Assembly: GCF_001194135.2 (NCBI RefSeq)
Contig: NC_068993.1
Coordinates: 59,126,124 to 59,190,123, forward strand
Origin: Octopus bimaculoides
Lineage: Eukaryota
Length of the DNA stretch: 64,000 nt
Reading direction: 5' to 3'
Below, one piece after another: positions 63,867 through 64,000 of this stretch. The notes under the pieces are model-generated. The model saw nothing but the letters and a program-made list of their open reading frames with translations. It was not told the DNA's origin and searched no databases. The first letter of the stretch is position 1. Each line of letters begins with the position of its first letter. Position numbers and translations under genes: made by a program.

Positions 63867-64000
63867 TCATACATGTATACACATATATAGACATACGTAT
63901 TTACATACACCAGTATGCGAATACATACTTGATATAACTTAGAAAAATCTTATAAAGAATATGCTTCAGTGTTCTAACGTATCCATACATGCCTGTATGA

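Overview
Eukaryotic, AT-rich, extremely microsatellite-rich, gapped (19 N-runs) genomic DNA. From memory, the SINE families and repeat landscape match octopus (probably a short-read Octopus bimaculoides scaffold); this is recognition, not a database result. I found no intact protein-coding gene, rRNA, true tRNA or CRISPR array. Nearly all ORFs in the supplied track are translations of microsatellites or N-gaps. The supportable content is: (1) two abundant tRNA-derived SINE families (called A and B here; B has a CORE/MIR-like segment), with many full and partial copies; (2) decayed LINE fragments of the RTE, CR1/L2 and R4/Dong (restriction-like endonuclease) types; (3) Tc1/mariner relics, including three copies of a ~215-bp mariner MITE and an internally deleted maT/DD37D-like transposase; (4) a HINE/Helentron-like element, a small piggyBac-like MITE, a long perfect hairpin and Penelope-like tail fragments; (5) minisatellites and compound microsatellites. 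The window is most likely intergenic or lies within a large intron. The better observations are a SINE-LINE 3' tail partnership visible within the window, a hairpin module shared by both SINE families, an 18-bp repeat whose variants all fall on third codon positions, and a dispersed GC-rich repeat carrying STAT-type palindromes. I see no convincing evidence for a new multi-gene system.
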